Below are positions 1 through 9,207 of a DNA stretch of 64,000 bases, piece by piece. Made by a program: the position numbers and the translations under genes. The notes beneath the pieces were generated by a model. The model did not search any database and was not told the origin of the DNA. It saw only the letters and a list, made by a program, of their open reading frames with translations. Every line of letters begins with the position of its first letter. Positions within the stretch are counted from its first letter, which is position 1. The DNA is from an uncultured Acidobacteriota bacterium (GTDB lineage: Bacteria; Acidobacteriota; UBA6911). The DNA is taken from contig CAYYTC010000022.1 in NCBI GenBank assembly GCA_964474425.1, positions 1,486 through 65,485 on the forward strand. The letters are read 5' to 3'.

Positions 1-1764
1 CACGTCGCGCGGCGGATCGTAGATTTTCTGATACCGGCCCAGATAGCACGGGTCGTGGTAGACATACTTGCGTGCCGCGCCGTATTGAGGTTTGAGCGCG
101 CCGCTGGAGATCAGATTGCCGATGAATTCGGTGTGGTGAACAACATTAAAGTCCCCGCCGAATTGCCGGTACTCGTGCTTAAGGACGTTGTAACAGTGAG
201 GGCAGCCGGTCAGGAGGGTTTTGAATTCCCGTTGTTTGAGAAGCTCCACCTGTTCTTTAGCGGCTTGCTGAAAAAGCATCTCCTGTCCCAGGATGCGGGC
301 GGGATCCCCGCAGCATTTCTCGTCCCCGCCGAGAACGCCGTAGTCAATGCCGCACTTCTCCAGGAGCCGGCAGATATCCTCGGCAATCTTGTGTTTCTGC
401 GGGTCAAAGGCGACGATGCAGCCGATCCAGTAAAGCACATCCACCTTCTCCCCGGGGCCGACTACCCGGATTTTGGACTGACCGATCCAGTCAGTCCGCT
501 GGGACTGGGGGCCAAAGGGATTCCCATTGGTTTCGAACAGCCGCAGCGCGCGTCCGGCCTCTTCAGGGACGCGGCCCTGAATAAGCACCTCGTTACGGCG
601 CAGCTCCATCAAAGTGTCCACGTGATCGATGAGAGCGGGGCAAACTTCCACGCATGCGCTGCAGGTCCGGCAATGCCAGATAAACTCTTCGTCGAACACC
701 TTGCCGATGATATCGCCGGCCTCGGCCGCGTCGCTTTTCCCTCCGTTTCTGCTGCTCTCTAGCTCCGTGAGTGATTGCTTGAGCCGGGCGATCAGCTGCC
801 GCGGCGTGAAGTACTCTTTGTCCGCCATGTAGGCAGGACAGACTTCCTCGCAGCGACCGCAGGAGACGCAGGTGTCGAGATCCATGCGCTGCTTCCAGGT
901 GAACTCGTCGGCCTTCTGGAGGCCGATCTTGAGGTCGGCGTCGCTTTCCGCGCTTTCCATCAGCTTTTCAATATCCTGCCGCTGGAGCTCGCCGCGCGGC
1001 TTGAGTTTCGAGAAGAAAACATTGCTCGGGAGCGAGAGCAGGTGAACGAACTTGGTGTAGGGAATCAGGGCAATCCAGCTCAAAGCAAATATCGTATGGG
1101 TCCACCAGAGCCAGGCGTGCACGCTTTTGCCGGTCCCCTCTTCCATGCCGGAAAACATCCCCGAAACAGCCCAACCCACGAAGGACAGCGCTCTCCAGGG
1201 ATCGCCGGCGAAGGCGATCCGAAGCCCTTCGACCAGGTAACCGGTAAGGACCATGCCTGCGATCAACACGAGAATGAGCCCGTCTTCCCGGGTATTGGGC
1301 AGAGTCTCGGGCTTCAGCACGTATCGGCGGTAGGCGGCCATAGCGATTCCGACGAGGATCAGAAGCCCTGCCAGCTCGGAGGCCACGGAAAAGAAAACAT
1401 AAACAAATCCCTTGAAGATGTTCAGCTGCAAGCCAAGCAGATGCCCGGCGTCGTATTCGACCATAACGATCAGTGTCGTCACGAACAGAACCAGGAAAGA
1501 ATAAAAAACGAGGCAATGCAGAATCGCGGGGTAACCCGAGTTGCGAACCTGTTTCTGGAGGAAGACTTCACGCAGAAGGATTTTGAGGCGTTTGCCCCAG
1601 TCGGCCAGCCTTTCCTGGTCGCCCTTCCCCCGGCGCCAGAATTCTATCCGTTTATAGGCTCCCCAGGCAAAAACGGCCACGGCAGCCAGAAACAGAACAT
1701 ACATGACCCAAACTTGAGAGATGTTCCACATCAAAGGGCGTGTAGCTTCAGAAAGAGGTGGCAT
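1..1764 (-). CDS. Membrane-bound Fe-S oxidoreductase, partial (C-terminus runs off the window). N-terminal NarI/DsrM-like multi-TM cytochrome-b-type domain fused to an HdrD/DsrK/GlpC-like module with two 4Fe-4S ferredoxin motifs and two CCG domains
   Basis: Minus-strand translation from the ATG at 1764-1762 gives TM helices, then CxxCxxCxxxCP twice (TCVSCGRCEEVCP and CRTCSACVEVCP), then CCG-domain motifs (KCCGDPARILG; TGCPHCY...YHDPCYLGRY). The frame is open to position 1 with no stop. It is not listed in the ORF track because it is incomplete. The + strand ORF 775..2010 is its antisense artefact. Confidence 0.6.
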   Translation of the reverse strand, partial: MPPLSEATRPLMWNISQVWVMYVLFLAAVAVFAWGAYKRIEFWRRGKGDQERLADWGKRLKILLREVFLQKQVRNSGYPAILHCLVFYSFLVLFVTTLIVMVEYDAGHLLGLQLNIFKGFVYVFFSVASELAGLLILVGIAMAAYRRYVLKPETLPNTREDGLILVLIAGMVLTGYLVEGLRIAFAGDPWRALSFVGWAVSGMFSGMEEGTGKSVHAWLWWTHTIFALSWIALIPYTKFVHLLSLPSNVFFSKLKPRGELQRQDIEKLMESAESDADLKIGLQKADEFTWKQRMDLDTCVSCGRCEEVCPAYMADKEYFTPRQLIARLKQSLTELESSRNGGKSDAAEAGDIIGKVFDEEFIWHCRTCSACVEVCPALIDHVDTLMELRRNEVLIQGRVPEEAGRALRLFETNGNPFGPQSQRTDWIGQSKIRVVGPGEKVDVLYWIGCIVAFDPQKHKIAEDICRLLEKCGIDYGVLGGDEKCCGDPARILGQEMLFQQAAKEQVELLKQREFKTLLTGCPHCYNVLKHEYRQFGGDFNVVHHTEFIGNLISSGALKPQYGAARKYVYHDPCYLGRYQKIYDPPRDV

Positions 1765-2068
1765 CGCGGTATCCTCGCAGCATTAATAGAAAACCAGGCA
1801 ATTTTGAGAGTTATCAGAACATCCAATGTCTGTCGCAGAACTCACAATCCCCTTCAGGAGCGACAGGCCGGTCATTCCTGCGGCTCGCGGCTGAGGATTC
1901 CCTCGAAACGCGCGTTCTGCTACAGAAATATTCCAGACTTACCAGCATTCAAAAAGATTTTACAACAGTCCGCCGATTTTTTGCTCAATTATTGCAGTGC
2001 GATATTATGATCCTCCGCGCGGGACTGGAGAATGTCCCGGGCTTAACTTGAAGATAGGGAGGGCACCG

Positions 2069-2647
2069 ATGAAAGTCCTTGCGATCAACGGAAGCGGTCG
2101 AAAAGACGGCAACACCTGTTTGCTTTTAAAGGCCGCTCTGGCCGAACTCGTGCGGGAGGGAGTGGAAACGGAACTGGTCCAAATGGCTGAAAAGCTGCCC
2201 ATACAGGGCTGTGTCTCCTGCTTCAAATGCATGGAGCACAAAAATATGCAGTGTGCGATCGACACCGATCCCTTCAACGAGTACTTCCAGAAAATCAGCC
2301 GGGCGGATGGGCTCCTGTTGGGATCCCCGGTCTATTTCTCGGACATAACCGCCGGAATGAAGGCCCTAATTGAGCGCTGCGGCTTTGTGTCCAAGGCCAA
2401 CGGCGGCATCCTCCGTCGCAAGGTGGGAGCCGGTGTCATCGCAGTGCGCCGCGCGGGTTCGAACCACTCTCTGGCCAGCATCAACTATCTTTTTCTCATC
2501 AGTGAGATGATTGTTCCGGGCTCCAATTACTGGAATATGGGCATCGGCAGAAATCCCGGCGAGGCGGCCGGCGACGCCGAAGGTCTCGAGACCATGAAAA
2601 CGCTGGGGAAGAATATGGCCTGGCTGCTAAAAAAACTTCATGCGTAG
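2069..2647 (+). CDS. Iron-sulfur flavoprotein (Isf family; NADPH-dependent FMN reductase/flavodoxin-like fold)
   Basis: MKVLAINGSGRKDGNT flavodoxin-like N-terminus. Compact Cys motif CVSCFKCMEHKNMQC (CX2CX2CX7C) typical of Isf. GGGAGGG ribosome-binding site (RBS) upstream of the ATG at 2069. Confidence 0.75.
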   Translation: MKVLAINGSGRKDGNTCLLLKAALAELVREGVETELVQMAEKLPIQGCVSCFKCMEHKNMQCAIDTDPFNEYFQKISRADGLLLGSPVYFSDITAGMKALIERCGFVSKANGGILRRKVGAGVIAVRRAGSNHSLASINYLFLISEMIVPGSNYWNMGIGRNPGEAAGDAEGLETMKTLGKNMAWLLKKLHA

Positions 2648-2935
2648 GGAGGAAAGCCATGGATGCGGCCGCCCATATCAAGGAGGCAAAGCCCGAAAAT
2701 CTGCGGGCCATGTTCGACTTCACCGGAGAATAGGACATCTATTGAAATACGCCGACTGCCGCCAATCCCGTCAACGCGCTGAATAGATGATAAAGGTTTT
2801 TCCATCTCGCTCGATGCGGCATTCTTTGGGACATTGAAACAGGACGCTCCCAGGCCGCAGGTTCTATTGAGAACTGCGGCCTGAGACCTGCAATTGCCGC
2901 CTGTTTTCGTTGCCGGCGCTTCTTGCCGGTTTGTC

Positions 2936-3607
2936 CTATTTCTTAAAGTGGGCCACAGTCTGGGCAAGGAGGACTTTCTGATCCGGGCGCAGTTTAAGCG
3001 TCTCGGCAACTGCCTTCGCGTCGACCATCGCGCGTACGATACAGGCAAGGCCTTCCGAAGCGCAGAAAAGGTATACATTCTGGGAAATGGCCCCGGCTCC
3101 CGCGAACGACCAGGTCTCCGCCGTAGCCATTATTTCGCCTTTTCCCCCGAAGCCCTTCGCCTTGGCCATATCGGCTATGTAGATGAGGTTCAGAGGCGCC
3201 GTTTTCACGAAATCCTGCTGGCCTGCAACCGCACGGACATCCGCCTTGCCGAGCACCTTCAACTCGTGTTTGGGAGCGTCATACAGAAAGAGACCATCCG
3301 CCGTGGTGACGTAGATATCGATATTCTGCCAATCCACCGCGGAGGGCGCGGTGCGATGGCCATCCGGGCGATTGACGCCGTCCGCCGCCCAAAGCAGATT
3401 CGAGATCACCTGCATGGACAATTTGACATCGGGTCCGAAATTGCCCCTGGTGCTTTGCCTCAGTTTCAGCGCCTGCATCAAGGGCTTGCCTCCATCCGTC
3501 TGGGGCGGCGGAAGCTTGATCACGTCTGCTCCCTGCGACACGCCCATGTCAGGGATGGCGAACAGGAACAGACTTAAAATCAGACTTGCCAAAAGCGCTC
3601 TTCCCAT
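2936..3607 (-). CDS. Secreted nitroreductase-family protein (SagB/ThcOx-type dehydrogenase-like)
   Basis: N-terminal signal peptide (LLASLILSLFLFAIP), then a nitroreductase-like core. Third gene of a tight minus-strand operon (gaps of 10 and 30 bp). Confidence 0.55.
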   Translation of the reverse strand: MGRALLASLILSLFLFAIPDMGVSQGADVIKLPPPQTDGGKPLMQALKLRQSTRGNFGPDVKLSMQVISNLLWAADGVNRPDGHRTAPSAVDWQNIDIYVTTADGLFLYDAPKHELKVLGKADVRAVAGQQDFVKTAPLNLIYIADMAKAKGFGGKGEIMATAETWSFAGAGAISQNVYLFCASEGLACIVRAMVDAKAVAETLKLRPDQKVLLAQTVAHFKK

Positions 3608-3636
3608 GATTCTTCTCCTCTCGGTTTGTTAACGAT

Positions 3637-4221
3637 TCAATCCTTAATACGGCTGCATTCCTGCAGGAACCTGTCCTTGGTAACCTTTAGTTTCGGCTCG
3701 TAAGACTGCCGGATCCTGCCCAATTCCCGCTGCCAGTTCTCATTATGCTTGAGATTGAGCTTGACAGCAGAACCCGAAACGCCCGTTCGTTTCACCGCGT
3801 CGTTGGCAAGGGATGCAAATTCGTCAAGCTTTTCCTGTTTTTCCTTTTCAAACTCGTCAAAGATCTGCTGGTAGCTTTTCCCCGCTTCCTCCAGAAAGCC
3901 GGCGTTGTCCGCATTTAAGGATGCGATCGCGGTCAAAGCCGTCCGGGCCGAACGGCTGTCCTCAATGTGGATCGACTGCCAAAGGGCCCCGACAAGGGCG
4001 CGCCGCACCACAGGCTCCTGCTCCGCGCCGTATCTGGCCAGTTCCGCCGGCAGTTTGTCGCCCGTCACAATGCCATCCAGGAATTTCCGGCACAGGGCTT
4101 CACCCAGCGGGCCATATTCCTTTTCCTTCTGTTCCGCAATCTCCCCGGGAGTCAGCCGCGGCAACGCGGATATTCGTTCCATGGCGATTTCAAGTGCACT
4201 TTTGATTCTTTCTTCTTCCAC
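3637..4221 (-). CDS. Hypothetical protein (charged, helical; no recognisable domain)
   Basis: 194-aa ORF tightly packed between the MBL hydrolase and the nitroreductase genes on the same strand. Confidence 0.45.
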   Translation of the reverse strand: MEEERIKSALEIAMERISALPRLTPGEIAEQKEKEYGPLGEALCRKFLDGIVTGDKLPAELARYGAEQEPVVRRALVGALWQSIHIEDSRSARTALTAIASLNADNAGFLEEAGKSYQQIFDEFEKEKQEKLDEFASLANDAVKRTGVSGSAVKLNLKHNENWQRELGRIRQSYEPKLKVTKDRFLQECSRIKD

Positions 4222-4230
4222 GCCATTCTC

Positions 4231-4914
4231 CTAAAAAGCGCCTGAACCCATAAAATTCTTTATAATTCGGAAATTGTCCTGAACCCTTTCCCTGCCTCTC
4301 AGGATCCCCGGATTGCCATACGCATGTCCGCAAAGCAGATATTCGGTATCGAACCGGGATAAAACCTCAATGCTGCGCTGCAGCGCCAGGGCATCTCCGC
4401 CCGGAAAATCCGTTCTGCCCGTGCTCCTGTAAAATATGCAGTCTCCCGCAAGGAGCACTTTGCGGTCCGGCCAATAAAGGCATATATGGCCGGGAGTGTG
4501 GCCGGGCGAATGGCAGACCTTAAGAGCCGTTGATCCGTTTGCCCCCAGTTTCAGGTCCCCTTCCCCCAGATAAATATCCACCTTGCCGCCCAGGCTTTCA
4601 AAGAGAGCCTCGTCCGCTTCGTGCAGGGCAATCAGAGCCCGGTTTTCCTCGCGGAGAGCGACGGCAGCTTCGCAGTGGTCCGGATGGCCATGGGTCAGAA
4701 TCACCAGACCGATGGAGTCTCCGGCAAGCCCATCTTTGGCCATGGCCTCAAACAGGCGGTCCAGGGCGTCTTCACGGTAGGCGGGGGTTACGATATGGCC
4801 GGGGTCTATGACAACGTGCCTGCCTTCATTCAGCGCCCGGGCAAAAACATAAGAATTGCAGTTGTTATCGTTTCCGCGCCAGACATAGGCATAAAGGTTA
4901 TCGATGATATTCAT
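4231..4914 (-). CDS. MBL-fold metallo-hydrolase
   Basis: THGHPDHC (HxHxDH) zinc-binding motif plus downstream His/Asp ligands. Confidence 0.8.
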   Translation of the reverse strand: MNIIDNLYAYVWRGNDNNCNSYVFARALNEGRHVVIDPGHIVTPAYREDALDRLFEAMAKDGLAGDSIGLVILTHGHPDHCEAAVALREENRALIALHEADEALFESLGGKVDIYLGEGDLKLGANGSTALKVCHSPGHTPGHICLYWPDRKVLLAGDCIFYRSTGRTDFPGGDALALQRSIEVLSRFDTEYLLCGHAYGNPGILRGRERVQDNFRIIKNFMGSGAF

Positions 4915-5119
4915 AGGAATATGATTCTAATATGCCAAAGCTTTTCGTCCAAGGGGAGAGTCTTGCCGCCGGCAGCGGAAAATCAGGCACGAGCCACGCA
5001 CCCTCCGAAATGCCGAAGAAAGGTGTTTTGCGCCCGGGCCGGGACGAGTACGATCTGGAGAGGTTGAGGCTTGTTTTTTGGCACGAATGCAGCATCTGAG
5101 GTACTCTTTCTCTATTACC

Positions 5120-6052
5120 ATGAAATGGCGCCTGATTTGTCCGGCAGTAATTAGTTTTGCCATAGCCATCGCGGCCGTTGCCGGAAGCATGCAGCTTTTG
5201 CAGGCTCCGGAACAGCGGCAGGAGGGCAAAGGCTACAAATTTTCCGTACAAAGTCAGTTGGTGGAAGTCTATCTTACGGTTACAAGAGGAAAACAGCCTG
5301 TGGGCAATCTGCGGATTTCCGATTTTGAACTCCTTGAGGACGGAGTCCCCGTCGCCCTGGACAGGCTGGACAGCCAGGAAGCGCCGCTTCAGATAGCTCT
5401 CCTGGTCGATACCAGTGGAAGCGTCCAGGAAGCCTTGTATACCATACAGGACGCGGCAATCTCCTTCGTGGAGAGCATGAAGCCCGAAGACAGGGTGATG
5501 CTGGCGCTTTTTAATTCGGAAATTCGCCGGATCCCCCAAACAACCGCAGACCAGGAACCGATACTCAGGGCAATCCGAAGCGCCCGGGCCCGCGGCATGA
5601 CCCGGCTCTACGATGCCCTTCTGCAGGGAATGAAATATCTGGACGGCAAACCCGGGCGCAAGGCCATTGTCTGCTTTACCGATGGAGAGGACACCGCCGG
5701 TACTTCCTCACGGTTCGCCGTTCTCGATGCAGCCGCTCGCTCCGGCTATCCGATCTATGCCATCGGCGCCGGTGCGGGGCTCGGAATGTCAAGCCTGCAG
5801 ATGATCCTGCTCGAGTTCGCCGAGATCAACAGCGGGAAGGCCTTTTTTATTCAAAATCTCAAAAAGCTCCGGGAGGCTTTCCGAGCGGTGGCATCCGAAA
5901 TGAGATCGGCTTACGTTCTCAATTATTACACCCGGATACCGCCCGACGGCAACTGGCACGACATAAGCATAAAAACCAAGGATCCGTCGTTGACGGTTCA
6001 TGCCCGGAAAGGCTTCTACGCCAGTAACGCGGCCGATGCCTCGGCCCCTTAA
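5120..6052 (+). CDS. von Willebrand factor type A (VWA) domain protein, N-terminally membrane anchored
   Basis: N-terminal TM segment. MIDAS motif DTSGS, later TDGED. Start taken at the internal ATG 5120 (MKWRLIC). Confidence 0.7.
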   Translation: MKWRLICPAVISFAIAIAAVAGSMQLLQAPEQRQEGKGYKFSVQSQLVEVYLTVTRGKQPVGNLRISDFELLEDGVPVALDRLDSQEAPLQIALLVDTSGSVQEALYTIQDAAISFVESMKPEDRVMLALFNSEIRRIPQTTADQEPILRAIRSARARGMTRLYDALLQGMKYLDGKPGRKAIVCFTDGEDTAGTSSRFAVLDAAARSGYPIYAIGAGAGLGMSSLQMILLEFAEINSGKAFFIQNLKKLREAFRAVASEMRSAYVLNYYTRIPPDGNWHDISIKTKDPSLTVHARKGFYASNAADASAP

Positions 6053-6151
6053 CCTCCGGGTCAAAAATCCCGAAGAATGGGTATAATGAGTCCTCCGGCT
6101 GGATGGACAAAGACGGCGCCCCGGCCTGAAAGTAATGCGAGAACCTCTGAT

Positions 6152-6406
6152 GTCAGGTACCTCCGGCAAAGCCGGAGGCAGGATTTAAACCGCTCAATGC
6201 GGTTGGAGGAGTTACGCCGGTCTTGAACGCTGACTTACGCAAGCAAAAGCCGATGAGGCGCTTCCGATGGAAGCGCCTCATCGGCTTTTGCTTGCCGATC
6301 CTCGCCGAACAAATCGTTTGTCAGCGCTTTTATCAGCGTTTCAAAATACGGAGCTGTCATACTCTTTGAGTCCCCCGGCAGAGCCGAGGGTTTACCAATG
6401 TAATTA
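6152..6406. repeat. Family-A structured intergenic repeat, copy 1 (~255 bp), containing a perfect 27-bp-stem palindrome
   Basis: Near-identical to 24623..25017, apart from a 129-bp insertion in that copy. Internal palindrome gcaagcaaaagccgatgaggcgcttccgat|ggaagcgcctcatcggcttttgcttgc. Ends in ...ggtttaccaatgTAATTA. Confidence 0.8.
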
Positions 6407-6704
6407 GTTTCTGTCGCGAAACTGCTTTGTGCCGCGTAGCGGCACTATGATTTTAGCCCGGCCTTTCAAGGCCGGGAACCATGATATAGAGAGCAGCGCG
6501 TCGCGTAGCGACGCTTGAGATTCAGCCGTCGCTACGCGACGGAAAACCTAACTCCTTTAGATCCAGGCCTTAAAAGGCCTGGCTAAATTCAGCTGGCCGC
6601 TACGCGGCCTGCATCCCATTTCCGGCTTATATGTAATATCAAATATCCTATTGCCTGTCGTAAAATTTGGTTTCCTCGCAAAACCCGCATTTCGCGACAG
6701 AAAC
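6407..6704. mobile_element. MITE-like non-autonomous element (~298 bp) with 15-bp terminal inverted repeats and a 6-bp TAATTA target-site duplication, inserted at the end of family-A copy 1
   Basis: Left terminal inverted repeat (TIR) gtttctgtcgcgaaa (6407-6421); right TIR tttcgcgacagaaac (6690-6704). Flanking direct repeats TAATTA at 6401-6406 and 6705-6710. The interior is packed with hairpins (gcccggcctttcaaggccgggaa; gcgtcgcgtagcgacgc; ccgtcgctacgcgacgg; ccaggccttaaaaggcctgg). The second family-A copy ends ...ccaatgTAATTAtttggg with a single uninterrupted TAATTA (25012-25017), i.e. an empty site. Confidence 0.7.
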
Positions 6705-6771
6705 TAATTAGGCGCGGCCTTGGGCCGTTTGGGCATCATTTATCTATTGGCCCGCGTCATAAGGAACCAGA

Positions 6772-8616
6772 ATGAAAGATCTATATGTCAAAGAACGCGA
6801 CCGCTCGCGCATCCCTGAAAAATACAAGTGGGATTTGAGTGAGCTCTATCCCGACGACGATGCCTGGACGGAAGCCAGGCGGCGGTTTGCTGCCGACCTT
6901 GTCCGCATATCGTCCTTCCGGGGCAAGCTGTCCGAATCACCGGGCCGGCTCCTGAACTGCCTCGAACTGGCAGACTTTTTCGGCAAGGAGTGCGCAAGGC
7001 TTGCCAGCTACGCGAGCATGAAATCGGACCTGGATACACGTGACTCAAAATACACGGCCATGGATCAGGAAATGAGCCGCATAGGGTCGGACCTTTCCGC
7101 GTTGACTTCATTCATCGAGCCGGAAATCCTGAGAATCGGCCCGGAAAGGATCAACCTCTTCATCGGACAGGAGCCGCGGCTTGCTGTTTATCGCCACGTT
7201 TTCGACGACATCCTCCGCAAAAAAGATCACACGGGCACGGAAGCCGAAGAGAAGATCATTGCCGAAGCCAACCTGATGGCCGATTCTCCGGCCAGCATCC
7301 ATACAATTTTTTCCAATGCCGATTTCCCCTTCCCGGAGGTAATCCTCGAAGACGGCTCTGCGGTGCGCCTGGATCCGCCGGCCTTCAGCCTGCACAGGAG
7401 GTCCCCTGTCCGCGAAAACAGGAAGAATGTTTTCTCCTCTTTTATGGGCAGCCTGAACGGTTTTCGCCGGACTTTCGGCGCTCAACTTGCCGCGGAAGTC
7501 CGGAAGAACATGTTTTTCACCCGCGCCCGGTCCTACAAATCCTGCCTGGAACGAGCCCTGGATGCCAACAATATCCCGGTCGCGGTCTACCACAGCCTCA
7601 TCTCAGGGGTACACGCGCACCTGGACACCCTCCACCGGTACCTGCTTCTGCGCAGGAGGCTGCTGGGGCTCAAAGAGTTGCATTACTACGACCTCTACGC
7701 GCCGGTCGTCAAGGAACTCGATTTAAGCTTTACGTACGACGAAGCCGTGGAACACGTGATCTCCTCCCTGGTTCCTCTGGGTAAGGAATACCAGAGCGTC
7801 GCGAGAACGGCGCTGTCCAGCCGCTGGATCGACGTGTATCCGAACGCCGGGAAAAAGTCCGGCGCTTACATGAATGGCGCCGTCTATGATATCCACCCGT
7901 ATATGCTTCTGAACTACAACGGCAAATATGACGACGTAAGCACCATCGCCCATGAACTCGGGCATACCATGCACAGCCACCTGACCAACGGGACGCAGCC
8001 CTACGCGCTATCCCATTACTCGATTTTCGTGGCGGAGGTGGCATCGACATTCAACGAAGCTCTTTTGCTGAACCATATGCTGGCAACCGAAGCCCGGGAC
8101 GAGGTGCGGCTGTCGCTGCTGTGCAATTACCTGGACAATGCCCGGGCAACGGTCTTCCGGCAGGTACAGTTCGCGGAGTTTGAACTCGGGATGCACCACG
8201 CAGCCGAAGAAGGTTCGGCCCTGACCGGTGATTTTCTAAACTCCCTTTATAGTGAAATCGCGCGGGAGTATTACGGGCACGAAAAAGGCATCTGCATCGT
8301 GGACGACGAAATACAGGCCGAATGGGCCTATATTCCCCATTTCTTTTACAATTTCTACGTGTATCAGTACGCAACATCCTACACGGCTTCCGCCGCACTC
8401 TACGGGATGGTTCAGGCCGGAGGCGATGATGCGGTCCGCTCCTATCTCAGCCTTCTTTCCGCGGGCGGATCCGACTATCCGATCGAGCTTCTCAAAAAGG
8501 TCGGAGTGGACATGACCACACCGCATCCCCTTGAAGCAACGATAGTTCGGATGAACCAGGTCATGGATGAAATAGAAAAAATCGCGTTCCGCCCCGGCAG
8601 TGCCATTTTTGCTTGA
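6772..8616 (+). CDS. pepF: Oligoendopeptidase F (M3B family)
   Basis: 614 aa. HELGH (HEXXH) zinc motif. Overall PepF-like architecture. Confidence 0.85.
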   Translation: MKDLYVKERDRSRIPEKYKWDLSELYPDDDAWTEARRRFAADLVRISSFRGKLSESPGRLLNCLELADFFGKECARLASYASMKSDLDTRDSKYTAMDQEMSRIGSDLSALTSFIEPEILRIGPERINLFIGQEPRLAVYRHVFDDILRKKDHTGTEAEEKIIAEANLMADSPASIHTIFSNADFPFPEVILEDGSAVRLDPPAFSLHRRSPVRENRKNVFSSFMGSLNGFRRTFGAQLAAEVRKNMFFTRARSYKSCLERALDANNIPVAVYHSLISGVHAHLDTLHRYLLLRRRLLGLKELHYYDLYAPVVKELDLSFTYDEAVEHVISSLVPLGKEYQSVARTALSSRWIDVYPNAGKKSGAYMNGAVYDIHPYMLLNYNGKYDDVSTIAHELGHTMHSHLTNGTQPYALSHYSIFVAEVASTFNEALLLNHMLATEARDEVRLSLLCNYLDNARATVFRQVQFAEFELGMHHAAEEGSALTGDFLNSLYSEIAREYYGHEKGICIVDDEIQAEWAYIPHFFYNFYVYQYATSYTASAALYGMVQAGGDDAVRSYLSLLSAGGSDYPIELLKKVGVDMTTPHPLEATIVRMNQVMDEIEKIAFRPGSAIFA

Positions 8617-8656
8617 ATGCCGGCTACAATGTCCCGGCCGAACCTGCTAATATTGC

Positions 8657-8926
8657 GTGATGTTGAAATATGCCCGTCGGATTATCATACTGATTGTAGG
8701 AATGACCGTTTTGCTGATAGGCGTTGCCATGCTTGTCCTTCCGGGTCCCGCTATCGTTGTGATCCCGGTCGGGCTTGCGATCCTGGCCACCGAGTACGCC
8801 TGGGCCCGACACTGGCTTCGGGTGATTCGCGAGACTACGGAAAAGGGTGCTGAAAAACTGAAGCTGCGGAGCATCTTTTCGCGCAAAGCGGCCTCGAATC
8901 CTCAGGGCGCCGCCCCGGAGCGGTAA
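8657..8926 (+). CDS. Small two-TM membrane protein (PGPGW-type)
   Basis: LVLPGPAIVVIP motif. Two hydrophobic helices. Confidence 0.45.
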   Translation: MMLKYARRIIILIVGMTVLLIGVAMLVLPGPAIVVIPVGLAILATEYAWARHWLRVIRETTEKGAEKLKLRSIFSRKAASNPQGAAPER

Positions 8927-9207
8927 AAACTCCGGAACCAGGAATGTGTTCCCTTCCAATGTTACGCTGAATTTCGCTGACAGAAGCGCCGCCACACGCT
9001 GAAAAAACATATGGCATTGCACGGCCCGGCTCAGCGCTTCAATTTCAGCGACCGTCCTGAAGCCGATATCGATTTGGCTGTTTGCACCACTAGTTCGTGT
9101 AATTTGCGGCCGTTTTTTATAAAATCCAGGGGTAACCCGATCGGGCGGTCGTTGAAGGACGAGGGAAGAATTCCCGGCGTATTCGGTCCGGGATTTAGGC
9201 ACATCAA

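Noticed and set aside
775-2010. 411-aa + strand ORF
   Set aside because: It lies antisense to the clearly coding minus-strand Fe-S oxidoreductase gene (CxxCxxCxxxCP and CCG motifs on the other strand). This is a typical high-GC antisense artefact.
2656-2730. 24-codon ORF with a GGGAGG RBS right after the Isf gene
   Set aside because: Too short and without features to support it. It is probably read-through context of the Isf terminator region.
2850-2885. Hairpin ggccgcag...ctgcggcc downstream of the nitroreductase gene, as a possible terminator
   Set aside because: It has a perfect 8-bp stem but no U-tract on either strand. It is not convincing as an intrinsic terminator.
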